A DNA stretch of 64,000 bases. Origin: a virus. Lineage: Duplodnaviria > Caudoviricetes. Shown one piece after another: positions 1 through 10,407 of the stretch (the first letter of the stretch is position 1; every line of letters starts with the position of its first letter). The translations under genes and the position numbers were made by a program. The stretch is from positions 64,001 to 128,000 of IMG/VR virus record IMGVR_UViG_3300037249_001000; one strand, written 5' to 3'. A model generated the notes under the pieces. It did not search any database. It was given only the letters and a program-made list of their open reading frames with translations, and was not told the DNA's origin.

Positions 1-92
1 GTTTTTAATCTCTCCATCAAAAACTCCTACAACCTGAAATGTTTGGTCAGTAAATATAAATCCTGGTAATTTCATTTTTAAGTCCTCCATTT

Positions 93-302
93 TTATTTTT
101 TAATTTTTATATATGGATACAAAAGTATTCCATATACAAGTGATGTAAAAATAATATATAAAACAATTATTAATATGATTTTTATAGAATTAATAATCAT
201 TATTCCATATATACCTAATAAAACTGTTATTAGGTATATAAGTATAATAATAATGAATGTTGGAGTATCAATAGAAATCTCCATTTTATTTTTTCTTTTC
301 AT
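93..302 (-). CDS. small membrane protein
   Basis: 69-aa ORF with two hydrophobic stretches; co-oriented with upstream cluster. Confidence 0.55.
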   Translation of the reverse strand: MKRKNKMEISIDTPTFIIIILIYLITVLLGIYGIMIINSIKIILIIVLYIIFTSLVYGILLYPYIKIKK

Positions 303-309
303 TTTATTT

Positions 310-609
310 TCATCTTTTCTTAAAATGTTTACCTCTATATGCAGTTGATTTTATTTCTTTTCTTGCTTTTTTAGATACATTTCTTTTTGTCTTACTAAAT
401 AAACGTGATACTGATATAACATATACAATGGAAGTATATATCATTAGGATACTTGTAATTATTATTTGTTCCGTGTAATTCCACCCACTATCTTTATTCA
501 TCATACAACATATACCTATACACATATAAACTAGATATATTATACTACCAATAATAAAATCAAACCAGTAAATATCTTTCTTTTTAGAATTCTTTTTTTT
601 CTTATTCAT
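310..609 (-). CDS. membrane protein
   Basis: 99 aa, two TM-like segments, basic termini; ATGA overlap with upstream ORF. Confidence 0.65.
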   Translation of the reverse strand: MNKKKKNSKKKDIYWFDFIIGSIIYLVYMCIGICCMMNKDSGWNYTEQIIITSILMIYTSIVYVISVSRLFSKTKRNVSKKARKEIKSTAYRGKHFKKR

Positions 610-986
610 TTTAATCTTTTCTCCTTTTCATCTTTAATACACTTATAATTAAACCTTATATTCTCCTTTAATTTAATAGTATCAATTAATAAAACAAATC
701 TACTTCCAATCCACATACTTATGTATGAAACACCTAAAGTAAATCCAATATATGCCATAATCGTGATCACAATTTCTGATACTAAGAATGACCCTGATTT
801 AACAATACTGAATATTTTATACACTAGGTGCATTAATGATACTCCCAATATACTTAAACCAAGTATAATGGAGACATATACACAAAACGTACATATCAAA
901 ATAAGTCCTTTCATATATAAAGAATATCGTTTGTATTCATCAAACTCATCAATTTTTCCAATTTCAGTAAATACTTCCTTAATCAT
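606..986 (-). CDS. membrane protein
   Basis: 126 aa, two TM-like segments, AAGGAG RBS. Confidence 0.7.
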   Translation of the reverse strand: MIKEVFTEIGKIDEFDEYKRYSLYMKGLILICTFCVYVSIILGLSILGVSLMHLVYKIFSIVKSGSFLVSEIVITIMAYIGFTLGVSYISMWIGSRFVLLIDTIKLKENIRFNYKCIKDEKEKRLK

Positions 987-997
987 TATTATCTCCT

Positions 998-1723
998 TTA
1001 TATTTTTGGTATTCTTTCATCGGGACGTACAAAAGTTATACGACCTGGAGTAATTTTTTCAATTTCAACAGGTCTTTCTACACTGGGTGGAACTACAACT
1101 TTATCAGTTTTTTCATCATAGTATAATTTAACTATATCTATAATTTCTAATGATAAAATTGTCATATCAATTCGTTCTATCTCCCAGAGTAAATAATTCA
1201 ATTCATCATAAGTTAAATATGCATAATTCTGCATATTATTTATAAAGAATATTGCTCCCTCATATATAAGTTCTTGATTTTCTTCATCCGGAACTACACA
1301 TGGTTGTAAACGAATCATTTTTGAATTAGTTGAAATGTTCATACTTACTTCATTTACTACAGATTGATTAACAACTAATCTGTCATTTTCGTAATAAAAT
1401 AAGTTTTTATAATTTGAAAAATCACTAATGAATTTTTTCAGTGACTGTACAAATTTATATTGTCCCATTCTATTTAATGAAACACTCATATTTGCATTCC
1501 AACCTTCATTCTTACTCATTGATGAAATATCTATTACTATAAATGGATGAGGATTAATTCTTAAATAATCATTTCCATTATAGTTAAATTTGCTAATTAA
1601 TTTATTACTCTGATTGCCCAGATATTTTTTATCTTCGTCAGAACTAATAATAATACCAAATTTAATTTTCATCATTGAGTTTATTTTCGTTATTTCGATT
1701 GTCGCTCTATACATTTTTAACAC
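998..1723 (-). CDS. hypothetical protein
   Basis: 241-aa ORF downstream of TATATTAT motif (1755-1762). Confidence 0.75.
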   Translation of the reverse strand: MLKMYRATIEITKINSMMKIKFGIIISSDEDKKYLGNQSNKLISKFNYNGNDYLRINPHPFIVIDISSMSKNEGWNANMSVSLNRMGQYKFVQSLKKFISDFSNYKNLFYYENDRLVVNQSVVNEVSMNISTNSKMIRLQPCVVPDEENQELIYEGAIFFINNMQNYAYLTYDELNYLLWEIERIDMTILSLEIIDIVKLYYDEKTDKVVVPPSVERPVEIEKITPGRITFVRPDERIPKI

Positions 1724-1772
1724 CGCCTTTATAATTTATTTGACATCGTTAAAAATAATATATAAATAATGA

Positions 1773-1806
1773 AGATACCTGGATGATATAATTCATCCAG
1801 GTATCT
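1773..1806 (-). terminator. hairpin terminator after beta-N gene
   Basis: AGATACCTGGATGA...TCATCCAGGTATCT inverted repeat. Confidence 0.7.
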
Positions 1807-1816
1807 CGTTATGAAA

Positions 1817-2365
1817 TCAGTCATCAAGATCTGAGGAAATATCTTCATTATTTTTATTATCATCAGGAACACTTATATCGTCACAATCAGAAATTAAAAT
1901 TTCATAATGTCCTTCTCTTGATGTTCCAAACATTTTTACATTATCTTTTATATACTTTTGCATATCCAATAACGCATTATAAAAATCTGTTTCTGAATCA
2001 AAATCTAATTTAATGTATACGATATTAGGATTTGATTTTTTAAGTTCTTCTGCAAGATCTTTCTGAAAAAGATAAGTAAAATTATTCTTTTCTTCCGAAT
2101 CATCAAAATAAAATCCTGATATATCTCCAAACGGAGAAATTAATCCTGATGTACCTGGGTCTGAGTTTCCACACACAAGAACGTCTAATCGTCCAAGAAA
2201 TGATGGATGAACATCTCTATATTTAATTCCTATATTATTAGAGTTCTTACCACCCAATGAATGAGGTCCTTTAGATGTATATTTGAAATGACTAAAGAAT
2301 GACATATCATTTACAGACTCATCAAATCTTAAAATACCACTTGTATGCATCTTTTGTAGCAAAAT
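1817..2365 (-). CDS. rpoB: non-virion RNA polymerase beta subunit, N-terminal half, exon 2
   Basis: YRDVHPSFLGRLD...SDPGTSGLISP resembles the beta fork-loop motif RDVHPTHYGRVCP...NIGL; joins exon 1 in frame (FPGD|ILLQK), giving about 605 aa. Confidence 0.85.
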   Translation of the reverse strand: MLLQKMHTSGILRFDESVNDMSFFSHFKYTSKGPHSLGGKNSNNIGIKYRDVHPSFLGRLDVLVCGNSDPGTSGLISPFGDISGFYFDDSEEKNNFTYLFQKDLAEELKKSNPNIVYIKLDFDSETDFYNALLDMQKYIKDNVKMFGTSREGHYEILISDCDDISVPDDNKNNEDISSDLDD

Positions 2366-2766
2366 CAATTATCATTGATAGTTAGACTATATCTTCATCT
2401 AATATATTTTGTTACTAAATATATTAAAGCCTCCCGTTTCACTTTAATGGATTTACGTTAGACTAATCTCATCTAACTACCAGCCAAGTATTGGCGTTAC
2501 TCTACTCACTTCGTGTAGATATTTCAATCTACCTTATTTTCAAACCATATATTTCTATATGATTGTATAGCTTTCGATAGTCGTTGAACTCATACCTTAT
2601 CATTGTAAGATACTTCGTTGCGTCGATTGTCACAACATCAATCTTGTTACTATACCTTTGGAGTTACCCATTGCCACTATAATATCACTTATAGTTTAGT
2701 AATTGATGTTTATGTGTACTTCCCCGCAATTAGAGAGGTTTAAAGGGGACAATTGCTACATTGTTT
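2366..2766 (-). mobile_element. group I intron (IA-like, no ORF) in RNAP beta-N
   Basis: P1 GGGGAU/GUCCCC with U.G at the 5' splice site; P10 UGUAGCAA/UUGCUACA; core UUCAACGACUA...GAAGAUAUAGUC; terminal G; removal restores frame. Confidence 0.9.
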
Positions 2767-4035
2767 ATCCCCTGGGAATTTAAAGAAATCTTTATAGTTA
2801 TCGTGAGTAGCTTTATCTCCTAGTTGAATAATTTTATTAAGTCTTTTAGAGAACTCCAATGTGAGCAAAGAACTAATAACTTCATTACATCTAAGACGTT
2901 TATTCTCTAATGCTAAATTGTCTTTCAGTCTCAATGAAGTAAATTCTTGCATCATCCATCTAATCAGTGTATAAATATCTTGTTTATGATACTGATGTAT
3001 CTTAACTGTTTTCTTCGTCGTTTCATCTAATAAACGTCCAAAGAAATTCAATATATCAACACCTTTATCATAATTATTAATACCCGAAATTTTCTTTATC
3101 CATATTCTTGGGTCATCAAAACTTTGAATAGTCAATCTATTTGTAGATACATGTAAAATACCACCAACTATACTTTGTAAATATGGATATTTAAGAAACA
3201 ACTTTTTATTCACTTTCAAATAACACTTTGTTGATATCTGAAAATAAATATTATATTTATCATTTAAATCAGGTTTAGTTACCAATTCAATAGAATTAGA
3301 AACACCTAAGAAATCCATTGCATTATCAAATCCATCTTTAAGATAGAAAAGTATAATAGGTATTTCTTTTCGGAACACAGTAACATTATATACTGGTAAA
3401 TTATATTCGTTACCGTCAATATCTAAAACATCAGCTGTATCGTTAATTACTTCTTCATCACTAATATTGTTATCCATTAATGCGGTTGCTTTAATAACAT
3501 CACGTTTAACTGCAATCGGCATCAATGATTTTAAAGTAACTGATGCTTTAGAAGTATAAGTTGATTTTTCAACCATCTGATAAATCAGATAGTATTTCTT
3601 TCCATGAATATAATAATATCCATTTTCATCCTGTAATGGAATGAGCATTTCTTTCTTATGCTTATAAACGTGCTTAACAAGTTTTCCTGTTTCTTTAAGC
3701 TTACCTTCTTCATCTTCTACTTTTTCTTTTTCCATTAAAGTTACTTCAAGGAAAACTGTAAGTTTACCGAAACGATTATCTTCGAGAAATTTATAATCAA
3801 ACTTCTCATTTTTCTTTTTCTTCTTTTCCCTTTTAAAAATATACTTGTTAATATCAATTTCTGACTGCTTTTCAGTGTATTCATAGCCAATAAATTTGAT
3901 ATTCTTAACAACTTCGAGACTCTTCCACGAGTCTACTACATAATTTACCAAGCTATCATCAGCTGTTTTATTCATTAGTGAATAATTTAAACTTGGTTCG
4001 AATTCAGATGAATATGATTTCAATAATGATTTCAT
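2767..4035 (-). CDS. rpoB: non-virion RNA polymerase beta subunit, N-terminal half, exon 1
   Basis: IPLQDENGYYYIHGKKYYLIYQ matches the beta region P..T..G.FIING.ERV.VSQ; DNLALENKRLR matches D.L.NRR; early motif upstream (4081-4088). Confidence 0.85.
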
Positions 4036-4113
4036 ATTATTACCCCCTTAGAAATTCTATATTGTATTGTATTCAAAAATATAATATATTACTATTTGTT
4101 AATCTTCCAAAAA

Positions 4114-4152
4114 AATAGATTACGTGTTGAATAATACAGCACGTAATCTATT
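4114..4152 (-). terminator. hairpin terminator
   Basis: AATAGATTACGTG...CACGTAATCTATT followed by a T-run on the minus strand. Confidence 0.7.
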
Positions 4153-4176
4153 AAATATTAGTTTAAATTTTATTAA

Positions 4177-4878
4177 TTAGTCGTCTTCTCTATTTGCCTT
4201 ACTATCGTTTTTCAGCAACAGTTTTGAAGCGATTGATGGGATAAGTGTAAACTCATCTTTTCCATCTTCTTCACCCTCACGACATATTGCCTCAAACCAA
4301 ATAAGGTTTACAGACAATTCAAACTCGTCTTTTTCTCTTCTACGAATCTTGATATAATTAATGATTGATTCATAAAAGATTATAAAGATTGGCATAATAA
4401 TTTCATTATTAGCTAACTGAATATCCACATCTTTCAATGCTTTCACAGCTTCAATCGTCATTGATCTAATAAGAGAAGGATTTTCAATAATATTTTCCGC
4501 GTTCCACTGAACTATGCGTTCAATGTTTGTTACAGTCGGGTCATCTTGATTTTCCGTTTTAATCGATTCGTGTAGATGTTTCATGTATACCATGAAGTTT
4601 CCTGCTTTTTCATTATCTTGATCAAGATTATTTGTGAATCCTATCAATAATCTATTTGCAAGATTAATTTCAAATGAATCATATTGGTCTTCAAGACTTA
4701 CAAGTTTCTTAAGAAATGTCTCGAAGATTTTAATGAAACAAACTGTTGTTAATTCATGACCCTCAATAGGTATGTTAAATCTTTCACGAATAACTGCAGC
4801 AGCAGTTTCAGCAATATCACGAATTTCTTCTTTGTCCTCATGAATTGTTTCCTCATAATAAGCTAACCATTTTTCCAT
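4177..4878 (-). CDS. hypothetical acidic protein
   Basis: long ORF; start moved to the ATG after AAGGAG RBS. Confidence 0.75.
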   Translation of the reverse strand: MEKWLAYYEETIHEDKEEIRDIAETAAAVIRERFNIPIEGHELTTVCFIKIFETFLKKLVSLEDQYDSFEINLANRLLIGFTNNLDQDNEKAGNFMVYMKHLHESIKTENQDDPTVTNIERIVQWNAENIIENPSLIRSMTIEAVKALKDVDIQLANNEIIMPIFIIFYESIINYIKIRRREKDEFELSVNLIWFEAICREGEEDGKDEFTLIPSIASKLLLKNDSKANREDD

Positions 4879-4938
4879 TGTTATTATCTCCTTTTTTATA
4901 TTTAATATAATGGTAACCAATGATATAATATATAATTG

Positions 4939-5346
4939 TTACGCTTTCTCTAAAATTTTAACCATAGATTCGATAATGGTTGGAAGATATTTTTCAATAC
5001 TTGTAACAGGATTAAGTGAAATTAATCTATACAAAATTTTTTGCATATGATCTTCACCATTAATTATGCTTACAGATATATTCCCTGTAGGAATATCTTG
5101 GAACATAATAATATGAATTCTACGACGTGATGATGGATACATATGGTCATCACTAGCATATTTAAGTAAGGTAAGAGTTAATATTGTGTTTGAATGTTCA
5201 CTATTACATTTAATATGTCTTTCAATACCTGGTAAATCATTTGTATACATGTTTATTATATCTGACACTCTATCAACTAAATGATCCATAATTGATATTG
5301 TTGAGTCTGATGAAATGCTATAAAAATTATTATCCATTTTATTCAT
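4939..5346 (-). CDS. hypothetical protein
   Basis: ORF with GGAGG RBS. Confidence 0.7.
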   Translation of the reverse strand: MNKMDNNFYSISSDSTISIMDHLVDRVSDIINMYTNDLPGIERHIKCNSEHSNTILTLTLLKYASDDHMYPSSRRRIHIIMFQDIPTGNISVSIINGEDHMQKILYRLISLNPVTSIEKYLPTIIESMVKILEKA

Positions 5347-5367
5347 AATTATTACCTCCAATTATTA

Positions 5368-6258
5368 TTAATCAGTAGAAGAAACTACACCGAGACTAAG
5401 CATATCAACTAATGCATCATGAACACGATTAACACAGATAATGTCATGAATGTTATAAGATAGATTATCATTTTTATCACCTATATTATAAACAGGCATT
5501 TTTTCAGGAATTATCACGATATTATTTTCATTTAATTCTATCATAGGTCTTTCTTTTAATAAAGTAGCAAAAGAATGCTGAAATCCCCATTGTTCTTTTG
5601 CTATTGTTAGATAAGATTTACCATAATTATGTCTATGGTAATCCAATAATTTAATTTCATGCTCATCAGTTATTTCAACTATAAAAACACCAACACAATA
5701 TGTGTTGTATATGCTTGCTTTCCTTTCATCATGTAATTTAAAAATTTCTACTTGATGCCTGCCAGAAAAACTTGCCTCATCTGTTCCCTGAATAAAATAA
5801 GAACCAGGTTCAACTTCGCTTAAAAATGTTGTACCAGATAACTCCAAATAATACTGATTCAAATCAAGTGTTATCGAATTATTTAAATTATTCAATTTAT
5901 TTGTTGTATTATTTTGATTCATGATAGTTGATGTTATACCATCACATGTTTCCTTAAGTTTAGTATTTTCCTTCGCTATATTAGAGATAGTTTCAGTTAG
6001 TATTTTATCAGTTGTTTCATTAACAACCTTTTCTACATGTAAAATCTCTTCAGACTTTTTGAATCTTTCATCTGAAATAAGAAGTTTCTTTACATAAGGC
6101 TTTCTATTCTTAAAGAACTTCTTATCTTTTGCAAAGATAATTACATCACTCTGATTTGATTTAATGACATATTTATATTCATTAAATTTTCCATTAGTAA
6201 AAACCGTTTCCGGATTCTCATAACGTTCAATCTGATTTTTAAATTTAATATTTGACAT
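5368..6258 (-). CDS. hypothetical protein
   Basis: 296-aa ORF in operon. Confidence 0.7.
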   Translation of the reverse strand: MSNIKFKNQIERYENPETVFTNGKFNEYKYVIKSNQSDVIIFAKDKKFFKNRKPYVKKLLISDERFKKSEEILHVEKVVNETTDKILTETISNIAKENTKLKETCDGITSTIMNQNNTTNKLNNLNNSITLDLNQYYLELSGTTFLSEVEPGSYFIQGTDEASFSGRHQVEIFKLHDERKASIYNTYCVGVFIVEITDEHEIKLLDYHRHNYGKSYLTIAKEQWGFQHSFATLLKERPMIELNENNIVIIPEKMPVYNIGDKNDNLSYNIHDIICVNRVHDALVDMLSLGVVSSTD

Positions 6259-6268
6259 ACAAACACCA

Positions 6269-6643
6269 TTAACCTTTCTTCATTAAGTTCTTAATTTCAG
6301 ATTTTCTACTTGTGGATAATAAACGATAAGCAAGAATAACATCTTGCTCATCGTCTTTAAGATTATAAAACTTCTCATGTTCTTTATAAGAATCAGGAGA
6401 TAATGTTGTGATGTCAGATTCATCATCAACTATAGCATTTATGAATACAGACATATCAATACCTAAAACTTTTGATATTTTGTTAATGGTCTTGATACTG
6501 GGAAGTGTTCTTCCTATTTCATAATATGCATATGTACTTCTTTTAAGGTTTAACGCAGAAGAAATCTGACTCTGCGTTAAACCTGCATTCTTTCGTTTTT
6601 GTTTCAAAAGAATAGCAAAATTGGTTTCTGGTTTTCTTTTCAT
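6269..6643 (-). CDS. XRE-family HTH transcriptional regulator
   Basis: LKQKRKNAGLTQSQISSALNLKRSTYAYYEIGRTLPS is a classic Cro/C1 HTH. Confidence 0.9.
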   Translation of the reverse strand: MKRKPETNFAILLKQKRKNAGLTQSQISSALNLKRSTYAYYEIGRTLPSIKTINKISKVLGIDMSVFINAIVDDESDITTLSPDSYKEHEKFYNLKDDEQDVILAYRLLSTSRKSEIKNLMKKG

Positions 6644-6708
6644 ATTGATTGCTCCTTTATATTATATATTCTATAAGATGGATTGGCTTACCACTAAATA
6701 ATATATAA

Positions 6709-8817
6709 CTATTTAGCAAATTTATTGATTAAGTTTTTTGATATATAATTTAGAGATTCATCAATAGAAATAATCGGTATACCATATTTTTCAGCTTTTG
6801 ATACTTTTGATGATTTAACACCAATCATTGGAACAACCAATAAATCAGTCTTTTTAGTTACACTATCTGTAACCTCACCACCATTATCAACAATATATTT
6901 TTCAATCGTATCATTCCTTACTTTAGTAAAACAAACTGAAAAACGTCCATGTTTATTAACAAATGGAATTAGAACCAGTTCATCTTCAAGTGTATGGATC
7001 AATGATAAATTTTCTTTAATACCATCAACAATTTTAATCGCTGTCTTTTCCTTAATACCATTTACAGCTATTAAAGTATTAAAAGCTTTTATGTCATTTT
7101 TCTCTTCGCAAAGTTTTATTAACTCATCATAAGAAATTTCCCATAATACTTTTTCAAATGTTTTAGTACTAATGCCCTCGATTCCAATAGAACCTAATAA
7201 TTGTTGTTCTGGAACTTCTCTGTTTTGATTAATAGATTCAATCATTAATTTAACAGATTGCTTTCCGAATCCTTCTAACTTTTCAATCTCTTTTCGATGT
7301 TTCTCCAATTTATAAACATCTTCAATTGATTTAAGAAATCCTTCGTTATATAGTACATCAACGGTTGCATATGAAATTCCATCAATATGCATTTTATTAA
7401 AATAATTAAGAATTCTTCCTTTCTTTCTGCAAGGACATTTCTTATTCGTACAATATAAGATTGCTCCATCATCTTTTAATTCCAATTGCTCTCCGCATTC
7501 AGGACAATTATCAGGAGCTTCAAACGGTACATTATCAGAACGCTTACAATTTTCATCGCTTTCATCCATAACACAATAAGGTATTATGTCATATAACACT
7601 TTTACTTTATCACCTTTTGCAAGATTCAACTCATTAAACCTTGCTATGGAACCTAATGAAATATTTTGTATAGTATTTCCTTTTAACTTAATTGGTTTGA
7701 TTTCAAGTACAGGATTTACGCTACCAAATAATCCCATAGTAAACTTAATATTTTTTACTTTGGAATAACCTATTTCTTCAGTAAATTTAAATGCCACTTC
7801 AAACTTTTGCTTATTATTTTCACGTCCTAAAATTTTTTGTATTTCGGGATTTATAATATAAATAACAGCACCATCACATCTCAAACCATCAATATTTTTA
7901 TGGGCAAATGCAAATTGTTTAATCTTTTCTGTATCAGATAATTTACATCTTAGAAATGGTTGATTAAATGCACCTGCTGTTAATGATTGAAGTGATTCTT
8001 CATTGTCTTCTAATACTGATTCACGTAAAGACATTATTTTTAAATATTTGACTCTATTATCTTTCTCGTCCGAGTTCATTATTGATGAGACGATTGAACG
8101 TGAATTTTTATAATTAGTTTTATATAATTCATTATATATTTCCAAATCATCTTCACTCATCATTATTTCTGTCTTAATAGCATATTCGTTATGCTTTCCA
8201 TAAAAATTACTGTCAGGATTTAATTCTTTTTCAGCCCAACCCTCAAATATATGAGTTACTATCTGAGCTTCGTTAGTTTCTGTAAATCCTCTGGTCAATG
8301 CTCTTTCAAGTTTATCATTTTTAAATTCAAAAATACATGATACGCCGTCCCATTTAGGAAATACATAAACTTCTTCATCCCAGAGATTAATATTCTTTCC
8401 TATAGTTGATTTAATTTTTCTTTCAGAAGTTGCAACCCATTCAGGTAAACCTCGTCTTGATTTATTAACTACACTTTCTCCATCTTCTTCAGTAAGATAA
8501 TATATTTTATCTAAAGTTCCTCTTAATGATGGAAATTTATGATAACCTATTTTACCATCTACGACTGGAGTTGTAATTAATGTATTGGATTCATTCTGAT
8601 CTAATTTTTCATAAAGAACGTCATATACTTCATCAGTTATTCCAGTATCATTACCAGAATAATTATAAACTGATTGTGCCATTGAGATAATTTCTTTTAA
8701 TCTATCAATTTCTTCTTCTGATAGATTATAATTGTCTGAATGCATATTTAAAAATTTTGATATCCATTCTTGTGTTTTCTTTGAGTGTAGTTCATTGATC
8801 ATTTCATTAATATCCAT
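6709..8817 (-). CDS. ligA: NAD-dependent DNA ligase
   Basis: KWDG adenylation motif, DGAV, AFKF, OB fold, C4 zinc finger (CPECG...C...C), HhH repeats, C-terminal BRCT. Confidence 0.95.
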   Translation of the reverse strand: MDINEMINELHSKKTQEWISKFLNMHSDNYNLSEEEIDRLKEIISMAQSVYNYSGNDTGITDEVYDVLYEKLDQNESNTLITTPVVDGKIGYHKFPSLRGTLDKIYYLTEEDGESVVNKSRRGLPEWVATSERKIKSTIGKNINLWDEEVYVFPKWDGVSCIFEFKNDKLERALTRGFTETNEAQIVTHIFEGWAEKELNPDSNFYGKHNEYAIKTEIMMSEDDLEIYNELYKTNYKNSRSIVSSIMNSDEKDNRVKYLKIMSLRESVLEDNEESLQSLTAGAFNQPFLRCKLSDTEKIKQFAFAHKNIDGLRCDGAVIYIINPEIQKILGRENNKQKFEVAFKFTEEIGYSKVKNIKFTMGLFGSVNPVLEIKPIKLKGNTIQNISLGSIARFNELNLAKGDKVKVLYDIIPYCVMDESDENCKRSDNVPFEAPDNCPECGEQLELKDDGAILYCTNKKCPCRKKGRILNYFNKMHIDGISYATVDVLYNEGFLKSIEDVYKLEKHRKEIEKLEGFGKQSVKLMIESINQNREVPEQQLLGSIGIEGISTKTFEKVLWEISYDELIKLCEEKNDIKAFNTLIAVNGIKEKTAIKIVDGIKENLSLIHTLEDELVLIPFVNKHGRFSVCFTKVRNDTIEKYIVDNGGEVTDSVTKKTDLLVVPMIGVKSSKVSKAEKYGIPIISIDESLNYISKNLINKFAK

Positions 8818-8891
8818 TTTTTAATTCCTCCTGAATATTTAATATATTATTTTAGCATAAAAATAATATATAACTTATTTATAGTTTAAAA

Positions 8892-8926
8892 GAAGCATCA
8901 AGGTATTTTATTAACCTTGATGCTTC
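8892..8926 (-). terminator. hairpin terminator
   Basis: GAAGCATCAAGG...CCTTGATGCTTC. Confidence 0.65.
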
Positions 8927-9012
8927 GTCCGTAATATAGTAAGTATCACTATTATATTATATTAGTAATTAGAAATAATTACCTTTTTGTTCTTGAAAAA
9001 ATAAAAAATAAT

Positions 9013-9453
9013 TCAAATGATTCCTTCCAGAATCATTATTTCATTTAAGATATCTTTTATTTGATTTACATTATATACGTTTACAATATTATTTTTTAAT
9101 GTAAACTCTGTTATAGATGAACAATGATTGAGTCTCAACAACTCAAACCATAATTCGGTTGTACTATAAATATCATATGATAATCTTTTGGGATTATATT
9201 TATATTTTCTAGTCATTTTATCATCAAATTTTACTTTTACAATAAGATTTGGTATTCCACTGAGTATATGTCTATATTTTGATATAATTGACATATAAGG
9301 AATTGTTATAGTCTTATCATATTTTATACCACCATTATCTCCAGTTATATTTTTATTATATGTAATATCAGCAGTATTATGAAGATTTCTGTAACTAATT
9401 TCTAAACTTTTTAAATCAGAAATTTGTTCACCCATTGATGCAGGTATATCCAT
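9013..9453 (-). CDS. baseplate wedge / LysM-like (T4 gp53-like) protein
   Basis: PKRLSYDIYSTTELWFELLRLN resembles the gp53/tail-X LysM-like signature. Confidence 0.6.
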   Translation of the reverse strand: MDIPASMGEQISDLKSLEISYRNLHNTADITYNKNITGDNGGIKYDKTITIPYMSIISKYRHILSGIPNLIVKVKFDDKMTRKYKYNPKRLSYDIYSTTELWFELLRLNHCSSITEFTLKNNIVNVYNVNQIKDILNEIMILEGII

Positions 9454-9468
9454 AATAAATCACCTCAC

Positions 9469-10347
9469 TTAAATATAAATATTGTTATTATAACACAATT
9501 TATCTAGTCTACCGTTTATTGCATGACATTCTAATTTATCTCCAATATCAATACAATTTTTATTGTATGGTGGAGTCCATATATAAGAGTATAATGAATT
9601 ATTGAATGTATTTACATTACAAGATAATTCTTCTCCACTTTTTTCGAAAGAAGTATCATTTGCAACTCTATATACATAAACATTTCCGTATGTATCAATT
9701 CTTGAAAATATTTCAGTATGAGATTTACTACCAACAATATCTCCAGTCTGACAATCATACCAACTAGTGAATGGTTTATATGTAAAATTGTATATAGTTT
9801 TCATAATACCTGTAGATTCAGACATTGCTTGACAAATAAAATTATATTCACGTCCTGTATATAATTTTAAACATGCTATTATAAATCCACCACAATCTGT
9901 TCTTAAATTCATAGTTTCATCACCAATTACTATTTGGGTTGTCATTGGATTTAAATATTTTACATTGTTAATTTCTGATATAACATTTTTGACATTTTTT
10001 ACAATATTTATCCATTTAGTTTTATTTTTATCAGTATCATCATCAATAACCCAACTTGTGTTATTTTCAAGTCTAGCTGTTATATAATTTTGTGTTTTGA
10101 TAGTAGTTTGTGTTTTGGGTCTACAACTATTATCATTTAAAAATGTTTGATAACTTCCAGGACTTATTATTCCTGATGATACATCATCACTTTTATTTAT
10201 ATTTAGCATTAATAATGGAATATATATTTTTAGTGATTCTCCCATTACAGGAGCATTTTTTCTACGTTCCTGGGAGAATGCTAACAGATTTTTCTCCATA
10301 TCAAATGGTAATTTCAAATTAGTTATCATATTAATTGTCCTCCTCAC
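9469..10347 (-). CDS. putative virion protein with NlpC/P60-like peptidoglycan hydrolase domain
   Basis: RTDCGGFI...GDIV...HTEI Cys/His pattern; late promoter at 10353-10364. Confidence 0.55.
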   Translation of the reverse strand: MRRTINMITNLKLPFDMEKNLLAFSQERRKNAPVMGESLKIYIPLLMLNINKSDDVSSGIISPGSYQTFLNDNSCRPKTQTTIKTQNYITARLENNTSWVIDDDTDKNKTKWINIVKNVKNVISEINNVKYLNPMTTQIVIGDETMNLRTDCGGFIIACLKLYTGREYNFICQAMSESTGIMKTIYNFTYKPFTSWYDCQTGDIVGSKSHTEIFSRIDTYGNVYVYRVANDTSFEKSGEELSCNVNTFNNSLYSYIWTPPYNKNCIDIGDKLECHAINGRLDKLCYNNNIYI

Positions 10348-10407
10348 TTGTTTATTTTTTTGTTTTTTAATATACTTTTTATTAAGACTTAAAAAGGAAG
10401 TGTTCTT

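Noticed and set aside
2740-2766. C-terminal CxxC (KQCSNCPL) of ORF 2740-4035, and similar tails on ORFs 14588, 20867 and 53975
   Set aside because: These are translations running into intron sequence past the 5' splice sites
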